Source: Phycisphaerales bacterium
Lineage (GTDB): Bacteria > Planctomycetota > Phycisphaerae > WQYP01
NCBI GenBank assembly: GCA_027451365.1
Contig: DAIDJN010000025.1
Span: forward strand, 1-45,097
Length of the DNA stretch: 45,097 nt
Direction: 5' to 3'
In this document: in pieces, positions 18,913 through 28,513 of the stretch
Layout of the letters: each line of letters opens with the position of its first letter
Position numbering within the stretch: the stretch's first letter is position 1
Translations under genes and position numbers: made by a program
The notes under the pieces: model-generated
What the model was told of the DNA's origin: nothing
The model's database searches: none
Seen by the model: the letters and a program-made list of their open reading frames with translations, nothing else

Positions 18913-20001
18913 ATGGCGAAAGAAAAGCGAATCAATGCTCCCTTCAAACTTTGCCCGGTGATGGTAATTACCGGCGAAGAACAATTTTTTCGCAGACAGG
19001 AATTGGATCAGATTCGTGCGGCGGTTTTCGGCAAAGAACCTTCCGGACTCGGTTACATTCTGCCCGACCCGTCCCTGGGCATCACGGCGATTCTGGACGA
19101 ATGCCGTACCGCGGGCATGTTCGCGCCCAAAAAGCTGGTGGTGGTTTCACCCGCGGATTCACTGTTTAAGGGCGGTGGCAGCCGTGCCGCCGTGGCGGAC
19201 GATTCCGCTGAAGATTCAGCCGATGAAGAACCAGCCGACACGATCGAAAGCGGTTCGGGTTCTGGAGCAGCGCGGGAACTGCTGCTGCGATACGCACAAG
19301 CCCCTGCCGACGGTGCCACATTGGTGCTTGTATGCAATACTTGGCTGAGCACCACGCGCCTGCATAAATTCCTTCAACCCATGGGAGCAATCCGCTGGTG
19401 CGAACCTGTGGACCTCGCCGACGCCGTGGGCTGGCTGACGCGCCGGTGTAAATCTGAATATGGCAAAACCATCACACCACCGGCGGCGAACCTGCTTCTG
19501 GAACTGGTGGGTGCGGATTTATCGCATCTGGATGGAGAACTGGCCAAGCTGTCGCTTTATGATTTGAATTCCACCACAATTACTCCCGAAATGGTCAATC
19601 TGCTGGTCGGGTTCCAGCATGAGCAGCAGGTCTGGGCGCTGATCGACGCATTGGCCGTGGGCAACGCCGCCGCAGCGCTGGCCACACACGATGAACTCTG
19701 GCAGATGGATCACAAAATCGGATACACACTGGTAGGCGCAATTTTTTACTGGCTGGGCCAGGTCATGCGCGCCCGGGAAATGCTCGACCGCCGAATACCG
19801 GAAGCTGAAATTTCCAAAGTTCTGAGGCTTTGGCAGCGCGGCGCGCAAACCATCGCCCTGGCCAAGCGGCTCGGCATAGCCGGCTCGCGGCGCATCAGCG
19901 CGGCACTGCTTAACGCGGATATTGGCGCAAAAACCAGCCTCGGCAACCACAAACGCAATATGGAAATATTCATTGTGCAGCTTTGCTCTCGTACCGCCTG
20001 A
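18913..20001 (+). CDS. holA: DNA polymerase III delta subunit
   Basis: PVMVITGEEQFF, ILDECRTAGMFAPKKLVVV, AANLLLELVGADLSHLDGELAKL, VWALIDAL, LLNADIGAKTS. Confidence 0.88.
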   Translation: MAKEKRINAPFKLCPVMVITGEEQFFRRQELDQIRAAVFGKEPSGLGYILPDPSLGITAILDECRTAGMFAPKKLVVVSPADSLFKGGGSRAAVADDSAEDSADEEPADTIESGSGSGAARELLLRYAQAPADGATLVLVCNTWLSTTRLHKFLQPMGAIRWCEPVDLADAVGWLTRRCKSEYGKTITPPAANLLLELVGADLSHLDGELAKLSLYDLNSTTITPEMVNLLVGFQHEQQVWALIDALAVGNAAAALATHDELWQMDHKIGYTLVGAIFYWLGQVMRAREMLDRRIPEAEISKVLRLWQRGAQTIALAKRLGIAGSRRISAALLNADIGAKTSLGNHKRNMEIFIVQLCSRTA

Positions 20002-20052
20002 TGACTGGTCGCCCGTCGCCTTGCCGGGGATATCTGCTATTATAAATTGAGT

Positions 20053-21366
20053 ATGACTGACCAGAATTCCGAAGCATTCAAATATCCACCAGCACCAGAA
20101 TCAGCCGAAGGCACAGAGTGTCCCCCCCCGCCGCCCCAGACACCGTTTACACGTGCATTATTTCTTTTAATCGCATTCCGCGTCACGCGCAACATTGCCG
20201 CAGGTATGATGATTGTCGCACTCCCCTATCTGGTACTTCATAACCTGCACGACACCTCGCTGACGCTGGGAATTTTGTATGTCGTCGGAGTGCTGTCCAC
20301 CGCCATCCTGGCGGTGGCGGCCGGCCAACTGGCGGACCGCTGGAGCCAGAAAGGAGCCCTCATTATTACGGGGTTTATGGTGCCCGCCAGCGCCCTGATG
20401 GTATATGCCAATCAGTCTCTGCCCATGCTGATGGTTGCTGCGGTGATGGGTGGGTTCGCCGCGACCGGCTCATTGATCGGTGGCGGCATTGGCGGCGCGG
20501 GCCAGCCCGTGCAAAGTGCCATCATTGCACGCATTTCCACGCCGGATAACCGCACACGTTATTATTCGGTTCTGGCCTTCTTAAGTGGTTTGGCTGGCGC
20601 GGGCGGCGCGTTGCTGGTGCCCTGTTTTTCCGCACAAAATACATTTCTGGCAGCCGGGCTAATTTCCCTTGCCGGCGCCGCGGTCGCAATGGCCATTACA
20701 CTTCCCGCCGCGCAGGCCGCGCCAGCCGTCACGCGCCGGCAATCGCAACAGGCAATCCGACATTTCAGCATTACCGGAGCACTCAACGGTTTAAGCCAAG
20801 GATTGGTTACGCCCTTTCTGATTCCCTTTTTTGTGATGGTGTACCACACACCCAAGGCCAGTATGGCGGTGTATACCGCCATCGGCAGCATCCTGGGCGC
20901 GGTGGCATTGCTCACCGCGCCGGCACTGGAGCGGCGGCTCGGATTCGTGCGCAGCGTCACATTTACACGCGCCTTGGGGACCGTGCTGCTGCTCATAATG
21001 GCCTTTTGGCATAATCTGGAAGTCGGACTGATTATTTACCTGCTGACTCCGGCGCTGCGCATAGCTGCACTGCCCGCGCAGCAGACGGCGCTTATCAGCC
21101 GCGTCGAGGGAAATTCCATGGGTCGGGCATTGGCGGCCAATCAGGTCACGCGGCTTTCCGCGGCATCGGCGGCCATGCTCTGCACCGGATATTTATTCGA
21201 TGTATCCTCTGTGGAATCACCGTTCATCCTTTACGCCGGTGTTATGGCTTTTAATATATATCTATACTATCGGTTCTTCGGCCGCCATGGGCTTATGCCG
21301 GCCCAGCCGGACGCCATACCCGCGGAAGAATCACCCGCCCCCGATGAAAATAGCGCAATGACCTGA
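20053..21366 (+). CDS. MFS transporter
   Basis: About 12 hydrophobic segments, motif A GQLADRWSQK, second-repeat PALERRLG. Confidence 0.9.
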   Translation: MTDQNSEAFKYPPAPESAEGTECPPPPPQTPFTRALFLLIAFRVTRNIAAGMMIVALPYLVLHNLHDTSLTLGILYVVGVLSTAILAVAAGQLADRWSQKGALIITGFMVPASALMVYANQSLPMLMVAAVMGGFAATGSLIGGGIGGAGQPVQSAIIARISTPDNRTRYYSVLAFLSGLAGAGGALLVPCFSAQNTFLAAGLISLAGAAVAMAITLPAAQAAPAVTRRQSQQAIRHFSITGALNGLSQGLVTPFLIPFFVMVYHTPKASMAVYTAIGSILGAVALLTAPALERRLGFVRSVTFTRALGTVLLLIMAFWHNLEVGLIIYLLTPALRIAALPAQQTALISRVEGNSMGRALAANQVTRLSAASAAMLCTGYLFDVSSVESPFILYAGVMAFNIYLYYRFFGRHGLMPAQPDAIPAEESPAPDENSAMT

Positions 21367-21644
21367 AACCAGTTGTCATCATCCGCTGTCATTTCCCCGG
21401 CATGCTGCCAATAGTAAAATCGGACCGAACAGAGCCTCCGAGGTAAATGACATTGCAATACGACCGCCTGGCAGCCATTTTCCCGAACCAGAATAACACC
21501 GAAGAGAAGCATCTAGAGGCGGGCGGACGGACGGTCGTGGCACACGGCGATGCAAGAATCACGGCGGGCTTTGATTTGCTGACCGCAAAGCGATCAGGAA
21601 ATGGTGATAAAAATGCGGCGGATGGCTGGGAGGATTATTGACAT

Positions 21645-23270
21645 TTATCCGGTGGCGTGGCCCAGGATATAGCTGGCCGGCCCCAAGACAAGTGCTGCGG
21701 GAAACAGGCCAAGCGCAAATTCCGCAGTCACCAGGACAATAAAAATGCCGCGTTCCGCGGCGGTCAGCCGGGTGAAATGGTGATATTCCGGCCGCACCGC
21801 GCCCAGAAAAATCCGTTCCATGGCCCAGTAGAGAGCCGCCGCCAGAAGTGCAAATCCCAGAGCGGAAGCAAAGGCCGCAAAAATGAAGCTGTGGTTATGA
21901 AACCACCCCGCGGATGTCGGTGACATATCATGGTGAGCCGCGCTGAAATTGGCCATAGCGGCGAACAGTTCCGCCGGAAAGAGGCTCAATCCCGGACAGG
22001 CCATGCCAGCCAGAAAGCCGACGAGTGCCACCGTGAAAAATTCCGGTGATAGCGAGGCAATGCCACCCAGGCTATTGAGGTCCCGGCCGGCAGTTCGCCG
22101 TGCGAGCACATGACTGCTCCAAAGCAGAAGCATAAGCGTGAGGGTATCACCGGAGGCAAAAAGCTCGATCGCCTTAATACCGGCGTGCTCCAACGTGGCA
22201 AACGCCAGCAGGACCATGGCGGCCTGGCTGGTCAGCCAGTAGGCAATAAGTCTGCGCAAATCGCTTTGCGCCAGCGCACAAAAGGCGGCATAAATCAGGC
22301 CGGCAATTCCCCAGGCCAACAGGCCACTCCGATGTTCCGCCAACTGTTGGGCAAATAATGGCCCGACCAGACGCAGGAGCGTATAGACCGCCAGAAGAAA
22401 ATTCCCCCCTACCGCCAGTCCCAAAGCGGATGCGGTACCTTCGGCCATTGTATCCGGCAACCAAATGTGCCCACCGGGCAAGCCCATCCGCACGGCCAAC
22501 GCCAGCATTACCAGCAGGAAAGCGACCCATGGGCCACGGCCGCCGATGAGGTTATCAAACCGACGGATGTCAAACGCGCCAAGTCGTGAAAAAGCAAGCG
22601 TTGCGTGAGTAAGGGCAGGCTCCGCGGCGTGCACCGGGGGACGGATGGCACTCGCAGCCGCGACCGCTGCCACTGAATGGGGAGGATTCAAAAGCCCGGC
22701 ATCTTTGCATTGCAGCCATAAAAGCATGACCGCAATGAACATCGCCATGGCACCAAGTGTAGCGATCATGGCATATTTCATGGCCGCGGCACGGCGCGAA
22801 GGACCGCCCCACAGACCGAACAGAAAATAGCCAGGCAAAATGCTTAGCGCACCAAAACCGGCAAACAGCATCATATCCATGCTGCATATTGCCCCGACCA
22901 GGCACCCGCTCAACACCAGCAGAAGGACATACCAGGTCTTGGTCTGCTCATCAATTACATAGCTGGCCAAGGCGGCAATGAATGCCAGTCCACAGAGCGC
23001 CAGCAGGGTCAGGGCGGTCAGGCCGTCGGCACCCACGCTGTAGCGAAGGCCGCCGAACCAATGAGCGCTTTGCATTAACTGCCAGCCTGCGTGCCAGTTC
23101 AGCAATCGCGCCAGTGCCACGCAGATCGCCAACATGCCGGCAAAAACCGCCAGAGCGGAATTGCGGATCAGCCGGGTGCGTGCCGCCGGCAACAATGCAA
23201 TAATTGCCGCGCCGATAAACGGCAAAAAAATCAGGCAGGTCAAAATTGAACTATATGCAAAAAAATGCAA
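21645..23270 (-). CDS. NuoM-like proton-conducting membrane subunit, degenerate
   Basis: GGAG SD before TTG. LIFLPFIGA, GADGL, YFLFGLWG, AAAMKY, HIWLPD, AQSDLRRLIAY, RD..SLGG, CPG...FPAE follow the NuoM scaffold, but key charged residues are substituted. Confidence 0.85.
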   Translation of the reverse strand: MHFFAYSSILTCLIFLPFIGAAIIALLPAARTRLIRNSALAVFAGMLAICVALARLLNWHAGWQLMQSAHWFGGLRYSVGADGLTALTLLALCGLAFIAALASYVIDEQTKTWYVLLLVLSGCLVGAICSMDMMLFAGFGALSILPGYFLFGLWGGPSRRAAAMKYAMIATLGAMAMFIAVMLLWLQCKDAGLLNPPHSVAAVAAASAIRPPVHAAEPALTHATLAFSRLGAFDIRRFDNLIGGRGPWVAFLLVMLALAVRMGLPGGHIWLPDTMAEGTASALGLAVGGNFLLAVYTLLRLVGPLFAQQLAEHRSGLLAWGIAGLIYAAFCALAQSDLRRLIAYWLTSQAAMVLLAFATLEHAGIKAIELFASGDTLTLMLLLWSSHVLARRTAGRDLNSLGGIASLSPEFFTVALVGFLAGMACPGLSLFPAELFAAMANFSAAHHDMSPTSAGWFHNHSFIFAAFASALGFALLAAALYWAMERIFLGAVRPEYHHFTRLTAAERGIFIVLVTAEFALGLFPAALVLGPASYILGHATG

Positions 23271-23316
23271 TGCGCATCTCCAAAAATCAGAGCCGACACC
23301 AATTACTGCCCGACCA

Positions 23317-25422
23317 TCAGGTATAACTTACGGCCAGTAGAAGGATGAGCAGCGCAGCGGCCGCGAGAATAAAAAAAATTGCCAGCGGAAAAAACCACCG
23401 CCATTTGACCGGTGCCCGGAAATTACCTCCCGCTGGTGACAACAAGCCACCCCCAGACGCCACAACACTGGTCAAACGCCAGTCCAGGGTTGCAAAAACA
23501 ATGGATATCAGCCGGACAATCAACCCGATGGAAACCACCAGCCATCCGATGACCCAACGATCGGCCGCCCCTAGAACGGCGGCCAGGCCGGATATGATCA
23601 CGCGGCTCACGGCACCGTAGAGGTCATAGAAATAGAGTTCGGCATCCAGCCATCGATAAATAAGATTAGGACCAGGCAGGCGGCGAATTTTTTCCGCGCG
23701 TCCGAGGCCGTTGGAATAAATCGCCACAACCACGGCAATGGCCATTGGCCAGGCCCAGGCGAGACGGTTGGCCATTTGAACGGCAAATACACTATGGGCC
23801 CCGGTGGTATAGGGCGGAAACAGGAGGTCGGGCCGTGATTTGGCTAACAGGCCGGAAATGCCAAGAAGGGGCTGGCCGCACATAAGAGAACCCAGCGCTA
23901 ATAGAACCAAAGGAAATAACCGGACGGCCGATTCGCCACCCGGTGCGGCTCCGGTGCCGCGCCACGCTCCGCCAAAAATGAGCCACCACCAGCGAGCCAG
24001 ACCAAAAAGGATCAGATAGCACGCCACCAAGGGCAGCCAGTACAGCAGATTCCCATATTCCCCGATTTGGGCACCAATATGGCGCAGATTTTCAAAGCCG
24101 GCGACCAGCATGTTCGGCTGGCCAAACAGCAACAGCCCCATTGCCGCGCTGCATACAAGTAACGAGGCGGCGGCGGTAACCGGCAGACTGCGCCACAGGC
24201 CGCCGAGCCGTCGGAAATCCGACTCCCCGCCCGTGCAATGGAGCACGGTACCGGCGCAAATAAACAGACAGGTTCCGCTTAAGGCCAGATAAATTGATTC
24301 ATACAGGCCTGCGACATAAGATCCTGTTACCAGGAACAGGATTGACAAGCCCGCCTGTGCGCTGACCAGCCACATCAGACCGCGTTTGATATCACTCGCA
24401 GTCAGGGAGCACAAGGCCCCAAAGCAGAGCGTAGCGGCGGCGGCCATGGCGGCCAGCAGGCGCACATCCACGTTAAGCAGTGGAATCAACCGTGCGGTCA
24501 AATAAGGCCCGGCGACGGCAATCAATAATCCGGCGGTCAGCGCGCCGGTAGGCGTGGCGGCTGGTGTGGTTTCCACCGCCCAGGTATGAAGCGGAAATTG
24601 CGCCGCTTTTCCGGCAATTCCCAATACCATCAGAATTCCGGACCAATCCCACCATCCCAGTCCCATTAATCGTGAAGGACCATCGGATTGCAACACCCCA
24701 ACAACACCGCTTGCGTGCAGAGCCACACCAAGGCTTGCCATGATGGGGGCAACTCCATTGACCTGCGGCAACGCAAGGACCGCAGGATTGCAATGCACCA
24801 GCAGGAGGCAGATTCCCAGAAGAAAAAATGCGTCGCCCATCAGTGGCAGCGGAATCATGCGGCGGACCGAAGCTTCGCATGGTCCCCGCCATGCCGCACC
24901 CGCCATACCCCAGATTCCCACAGTGGCCAAAACACCGGCGGCGAACAATTCCAGCACACTGGCCGCGACCACCATTGAAAACATGCCAAATACGAAAAGG
25001 TTTGACCAGGCAAACCAACCGGGCCGGATCCGCCGGTCGTCCACTATTCCGATCACATAAATGCCGACCAGCAGGGCAATCAGGGCGGTCAGAAGAAAGG
25101 TGACGAGCGTCAATGAATCGACTGCCACCCCCATCCGCAGACTATTGGGATATTCGCGTGCCGCCGCGGACGTGTGTATAGTCAGCCATGTCCAGAGTAT
25201 CGGCTTGGCCGCCCCCAGGTGGCCCATCTGCCCCATATGACCTCTGGCCAGCAATTTGCGGGCGACCGTCCAGAGAGCCAACCCCAGACTGGTCGAATAG
25301 CCCCCGATGGCCAGGATAGCGGCGTGACGTGGATTGCGCCCTAAGGGTGTCAATACCAGCGCCACAACCAGAAGTGGCACAAGGGTGGCAATCGCCAGCC
25401 AGATGTCAGAGTTGTGTAACAA
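23317..25422 (-). CDS. NuoL-like proton-conducting membrane subunit, degenerate
   Basis: VDSLT, NLFVFGM, MGD, GKAAQFPLHTW, TPTGAL, AGPYLTAR, SDIKR, LFICAGTV, ESDFRRLGGL, and a long C-terminal amphipathic helix (LYFYDLY...DRWVIG) follow the NuoL scaffold. Confidence 0.85.
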   Translation of the reverse strand: MLHNSDIWLAIATLVPLLVVALVLTPLGRNPRHAAILAIGGYSTSLGLALWTVARKLLARGHMGQMGHLGAAKPILWTWLTIHTSAAAREYPNSLRMGVAVDSLTLVTFLLTALIALLVGIYVIGIVDDRRIRPGWFAWSNLFVFGMFSMVVAASVLELFAAGVLATVGIWGMAGAAWRGPCEASVRRMIPLPLMGDAFFLLGICLLLVHCNPAVLALPQVNGVAPIMASLGVALHASGVVGVLQSDGPSRLMGLGWWDWSGILMVLGIAGKAAQFPLHTWAVETTPAATPTGALTAGLLIAVAGPYLTARLIPLLNVDVRLLAAMAAAATLCFGALCSLTASDIKRGLMWLVSAQAGLSILFLVTGSYVAGLYESIYLALSGTCLFICAGTVLHCTGGESDFRRLGGLWRSLPVTAAASLLVCSAAMGLLLFGQPNMLVAGFENLRHIGAQIGEYGNLLYWLPLVACYLILFGLARWWWLIFGGAWRGTGAAPGGESAVRLFPLVLLALGSLMCGQPLLGISGLLAKSRPDLLFPPYTTGAHSVFAVQMANRLAWAWPMAIAVVVAIYSNGLGRAEKIRRLPGPNLIYRWLDAELYFYDLYGAVSRVIISGLAAVLGAADRWVIGWLVVSIGLIVRLISIVFATLDWRLTSVVASGGGLLSPAGGNFRAPVKWRWFFPLAIFFILAAAALLILLLAVSYT

Positions 25423-25649
25423 CCTAGATCTTCCCGTTCATACCAATTCCGCCAATCTCCATGGTCATACTTTAACCGCCCGACGCCCCAGCGGCCAGAT
25501 GGCTGGCTCCGTAGCATGTTATATAATGGCCGCGGCTTTGCCGTCATGATCTTACCCACGGGCCAATGGCACCGGTGCCCCACCAACAGGCGATATCCGC
25601 CCATACCAGCCGTTAGGCGCAAACCCGCCATCTGCGTTACCATTTCTCC

Positions 25650-28298
25650 ATGAACCTGATCTGGCAACACCCGGCATTGCTTTTCAGCCTGGCGCTGGCA
25701 CCGTTGCTGGCCCTGGCACTTGCCGGACTGCGAGGAAAACAGACTTGGGCAGGGCAAACAGCTTTTCTTGCCAAAAGTCTGTGGCGATTAACTGCCATTA
25801 CCGTGCTGGCTATGATTCTATTAATTCTTGCCGCCGCCGGGCCGGTGATCCAGGTCAATCGACCGACGGATCAACTTGTGGTACTCGTGGACTGTTCCGC
25901 GGCGGCCCGAACCTCTCCTTGGCACACTCCGGGTAAACTGCGACGATTGCTTTTGCGTCACCTGTCGCCGGAAACGCGGGTCACGCTAGTTGTCTTTGCG
26001 CGTCATCCGCATCTGGTCAAACGTCATATTACTTTAGGCAGCACTGCGGACTGGCCACGGCGGTGGCCGGTCGCCCAGCATGTTTGCGGTCGGCTGGAAC
26101 GGGCGCTGGCGTGGCGCGATTCGGGTGCGGGCGGACCCGGGCGCCATTTACCGCGATGGCTTCTGACGACCGGCTTGGCCGACTGGCCCGATTGGCCGAA
26201 CGCGCATCGGCGACAAAATCGGCACCTTCCCTATTTTCTCACCGTTTCCACGGTGCGCCCGATAAAGCCGGATGCGGGCATTCTATCTTTTCGCATCACT
26301 CCGCTCCCCGGCTCGTCAGCAAAAAAGCCGGGGTTTGGCATACGCGCAGCAATAGCCGCCACCGATACGACGCGTTTGACCGCCGAATTGCAGCGCGACG
26401 GGGTATCCATTGCCGCTGGTAAGTTGCGATTCAAAAAGGCGGGGGAAAAGATTTTTACGGCGAGGGATTTTCCACCGGAAAACACCGCCGCTCCCATCCG
26501 CTACACCATTTATTTGAAAACCGGTGACCCCTGGGCAGAGGACGATTCGGCCAGCGGCTACGCGCCGCAAATTGGGCCGCCCCGAATTTTGTTGATAAGC
26601 CGCAAAGCCACTTCCGCATTGGTTCCGGGCGGGGCGGCTGCCGGCACCAGACCGAAATTCAATTCGGTTACTGCGATCAGACGGATTCGTCCGCAGGCTT
26701 TTCCCGATCGCATTGCAACCCTGGCCAAATATCAGTTGATATTGCTGGATAATATCGCACGCGGCGAATTGCCGGCGCGCAGCGGACGGGTAATAATGCG
26801 GTATGTCACCAAAACCGGCGGCGGCCTGCTGATAGCGGGCGGCACACGCGCATTTGGCCCCGGGGGCTACGCATTACCGACAAACGCGGGTGCGGTGTGG
26901 CCCGTCGAACAGCTTTCGCCACTGGCATCCGCGCCCCCGCGGCGATCCGCAAGGGATGTGGTTTTTTTGCTGGATTCCAGCGGTTCAATGGGCCAGAGGG
27001 TCCCGGGCCACGCTGGCGAAACACGATTTAATCTGGCGGCCGGCAGTGTGGAGGCGGCGATTCATCTGCTTAAGCCGTATGATATTGCTTCAATTGTCAC
27101 TTTTTCCGGCAGGGCACATTTGCTGGCTTCGGGGAAACGCCAGGTCATCAGTTCCGCAATTGCAACCCGCTTGGCAGACGTGCGGCCAACCGGTCCAACG
27201 AATCCGGATGCGGCACTCCCTGTGCTGGGCCGACTGCTGAAGAAAAACAGCCTGCTGATTCTGCTGACAGATGGTCATATACCGGTTATCACGACCAGGA
27301 AATGGGAGGAACTGATTAAAATGAAGCGAGCCACATTTCTGGTTGTGGCGGGCTACAAGCACGAATCGACCGCCTTCGCCAATCTGTTGCGCCAGACCGC
27401 TGCGCGCGCGATCGCCACGCGAAACCCGGCCGACTGGGCATCGCTCATCAGACAGGCTGTGGGAAAATATCTTGCGGGTAATGCCAGACGCGGCCCGATG
27501 CTCTGGCAAGCCACGCCAGCCACGGTTTCCGGAACCACAACCCACTGGATTCGCACTTGGCTTAAAAAGGGCGCGGCGCGGGCCGCCGCGGGCCGCAATC
27601 TGGACCATCCGGGCCGCAAGGGGGTACCGCTGGCGGCGGAATGGCGGCGCGGTCTGGGCAAAGTCGGCGCGATCGCTTTTACGGATCATTCCATTGCATT
27701 TGCTCATTTTGTAAACCTGATGATTCATCAGGTCGCGGCGGCACCGGGCGATCGCAAATTTTCCATCCGCACCAGGCGCATGGACGGCCGCTGGCGGATT
27801 TCCATAAACGGCCGAAACGGAATGGCCTTTATCAACCATGCCCGAATCCGGCTGCGACTTATTTCCGGCACTGCGGGAGACATCGGCGGAAACAAAGAAA
27901 TGACACATATATATTCATTTGTTCAAACGGCGCCAGGCGAATACAGGCTGACATTGCCGACACGCATACGGACACTTGATGCCGTGGTGTTTGCCATAAG
28001 AAAGTCCACCCGGCTGGCGAATTCGGGGGCGCAAAGCCTCGCGGACGAAATCATCGGTCGCATTGCCCCGGCCACCGTCCCCCCGACCTGCCTGCCGGCG
28101 ACCGGGCACTGGCGGCCATGTCCGTGGAGTAATGTGGTCATGCTGCCGCTCAACGCGCCAGCTTCGGGAAAAAAATGGCAGCCGCAATTGAAGGATGCGG
28201 CATGGCATTGTGGTCAAATACTGCGGATTGGAGCGATTGGTTTGATTCTGCTGGCGTTGTATGTGGCCAGGGGACCATCCCACGTTCGCCATGACTGA
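25650..28298 (+). CDS. Membrane-anchored vWA + GATase1-like domain protein
   Basis: Two N-terminal TMs, degenerate vWA (LVDCSAA), GATase1-like (YQLILLDN, GGGLLIAGGTRAFGPGGY), intact vWA (LLDSSGSM, GPTN, LLTDG), WRRGLGKV, C-terminal TM. Confidence 0.85.
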   Translation: MNLIWQHPALLFSLALAPLLALALAGLRGKQTWAGQTAFLAKSLWRLTAITVLAMILLILAAAGPVIQVNRPTDQLVVLVDCSAAARTSPWHTPGKLRRLLLRHLSPETRVTLVVFARHPHLVKRHITLGSTADWPRRWPVAQHVCGRLERALAWRDSGAGGPGRHLPRWLLTTGLADWPDWPNAHRRQNRHLPYFLTVSTVRPIKPDAGILSFRITPLPGSSAKKPGFGIRAAIAATDTTRLTAELQRDGVSIAAGKLRFKKAGEKIFTARDFPPENTAAPIRYTIYLKTGDPWAEDDSASGYAPQIGPPRILLISRKATSALVPGGAAAGTRPKFNSVTAIRRIRPQAFPDRIATLAKYQLILLDNIARGELPARSGRVIMRYVTKTGGGLLIAGGTRAFGPGGYALPTNAGAVWPVEQLSPLASAPPRRSARDVVFLLDSSGSMGQRVPGHAGETRFNLAAGSVEAAIHLLKPYDIASIVTFSGRAHLLASGKRQVISSAIATRLADVRPTGPTNPDAALPVLGRLLKKNSLLILLTDGHIPVITTRKWEELIKMKRATFLVVAGYKHESTAFANLLRQTAARAIATRNPADWASLIRQAVGKYLAGNARRGPMLWQATPATVSGTTTHWIRTWLKKGAARAAAGRNLDHPGRKGVPLAAEWRRGLGKVGAIAFTDHSIAFAHFVNLMIHQVAAAPGDRKFSIRTRRMDGRWRISINGRNGMAFINHARIRLRLISGTAGDIGGNKEMTHIYSFVQTAPGEYRLTLPTRIRTLDAVVFAIRKSTRLANSGAQSLADEIIGRIAPATVPPTCLPATGHWRPCPWSNVVMLPLNAPASGKKWQPQLKDAAWHCGQILRIGAIGLILLALYVARGPSHVRHD

Positions 28299-28314
28299 TT
28301 GAAGATGTAAAAAC

Positions 28315-28355
28315 AAAAAAACCCGGCGGGACTGGAGAGCGGCGTCCCGCCGGGT
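28315..28355 (-). terminator. Rho-independent terminator between the convergent vWA and GH39 genes
   Basis: Perfect 12-bp stem ACCCGGCGGGAC/GTCCCGCCGGGT (28321-28355) with an A-run at 28315-28321, a U-tract on the minus strand. Confidence 0.8.
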
Positions 28356-28513
28356 CAGCGGATACTAGTCACTGTTGGGCCATCCCGGCAAACCATACAT
28401 CGGCCTGAAACGTGGAGAATATTAAGAATTATCCGAATTATATCGCCGCCCGATAATATGGCCCCGGCGAACGCGGCAGGTGACGAGGTTGAAGAAGGTT
28501 TTCGGACCAAGCG

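Noticed and set aside
21645..25422. DabAB inorganic carbon pump or Mrp antiporter operon
   Set aside because: No DabA (DUF2309) or small Mrp subunits nearby, and the C-terminal helix and gene order fit NuoL-NuoM.
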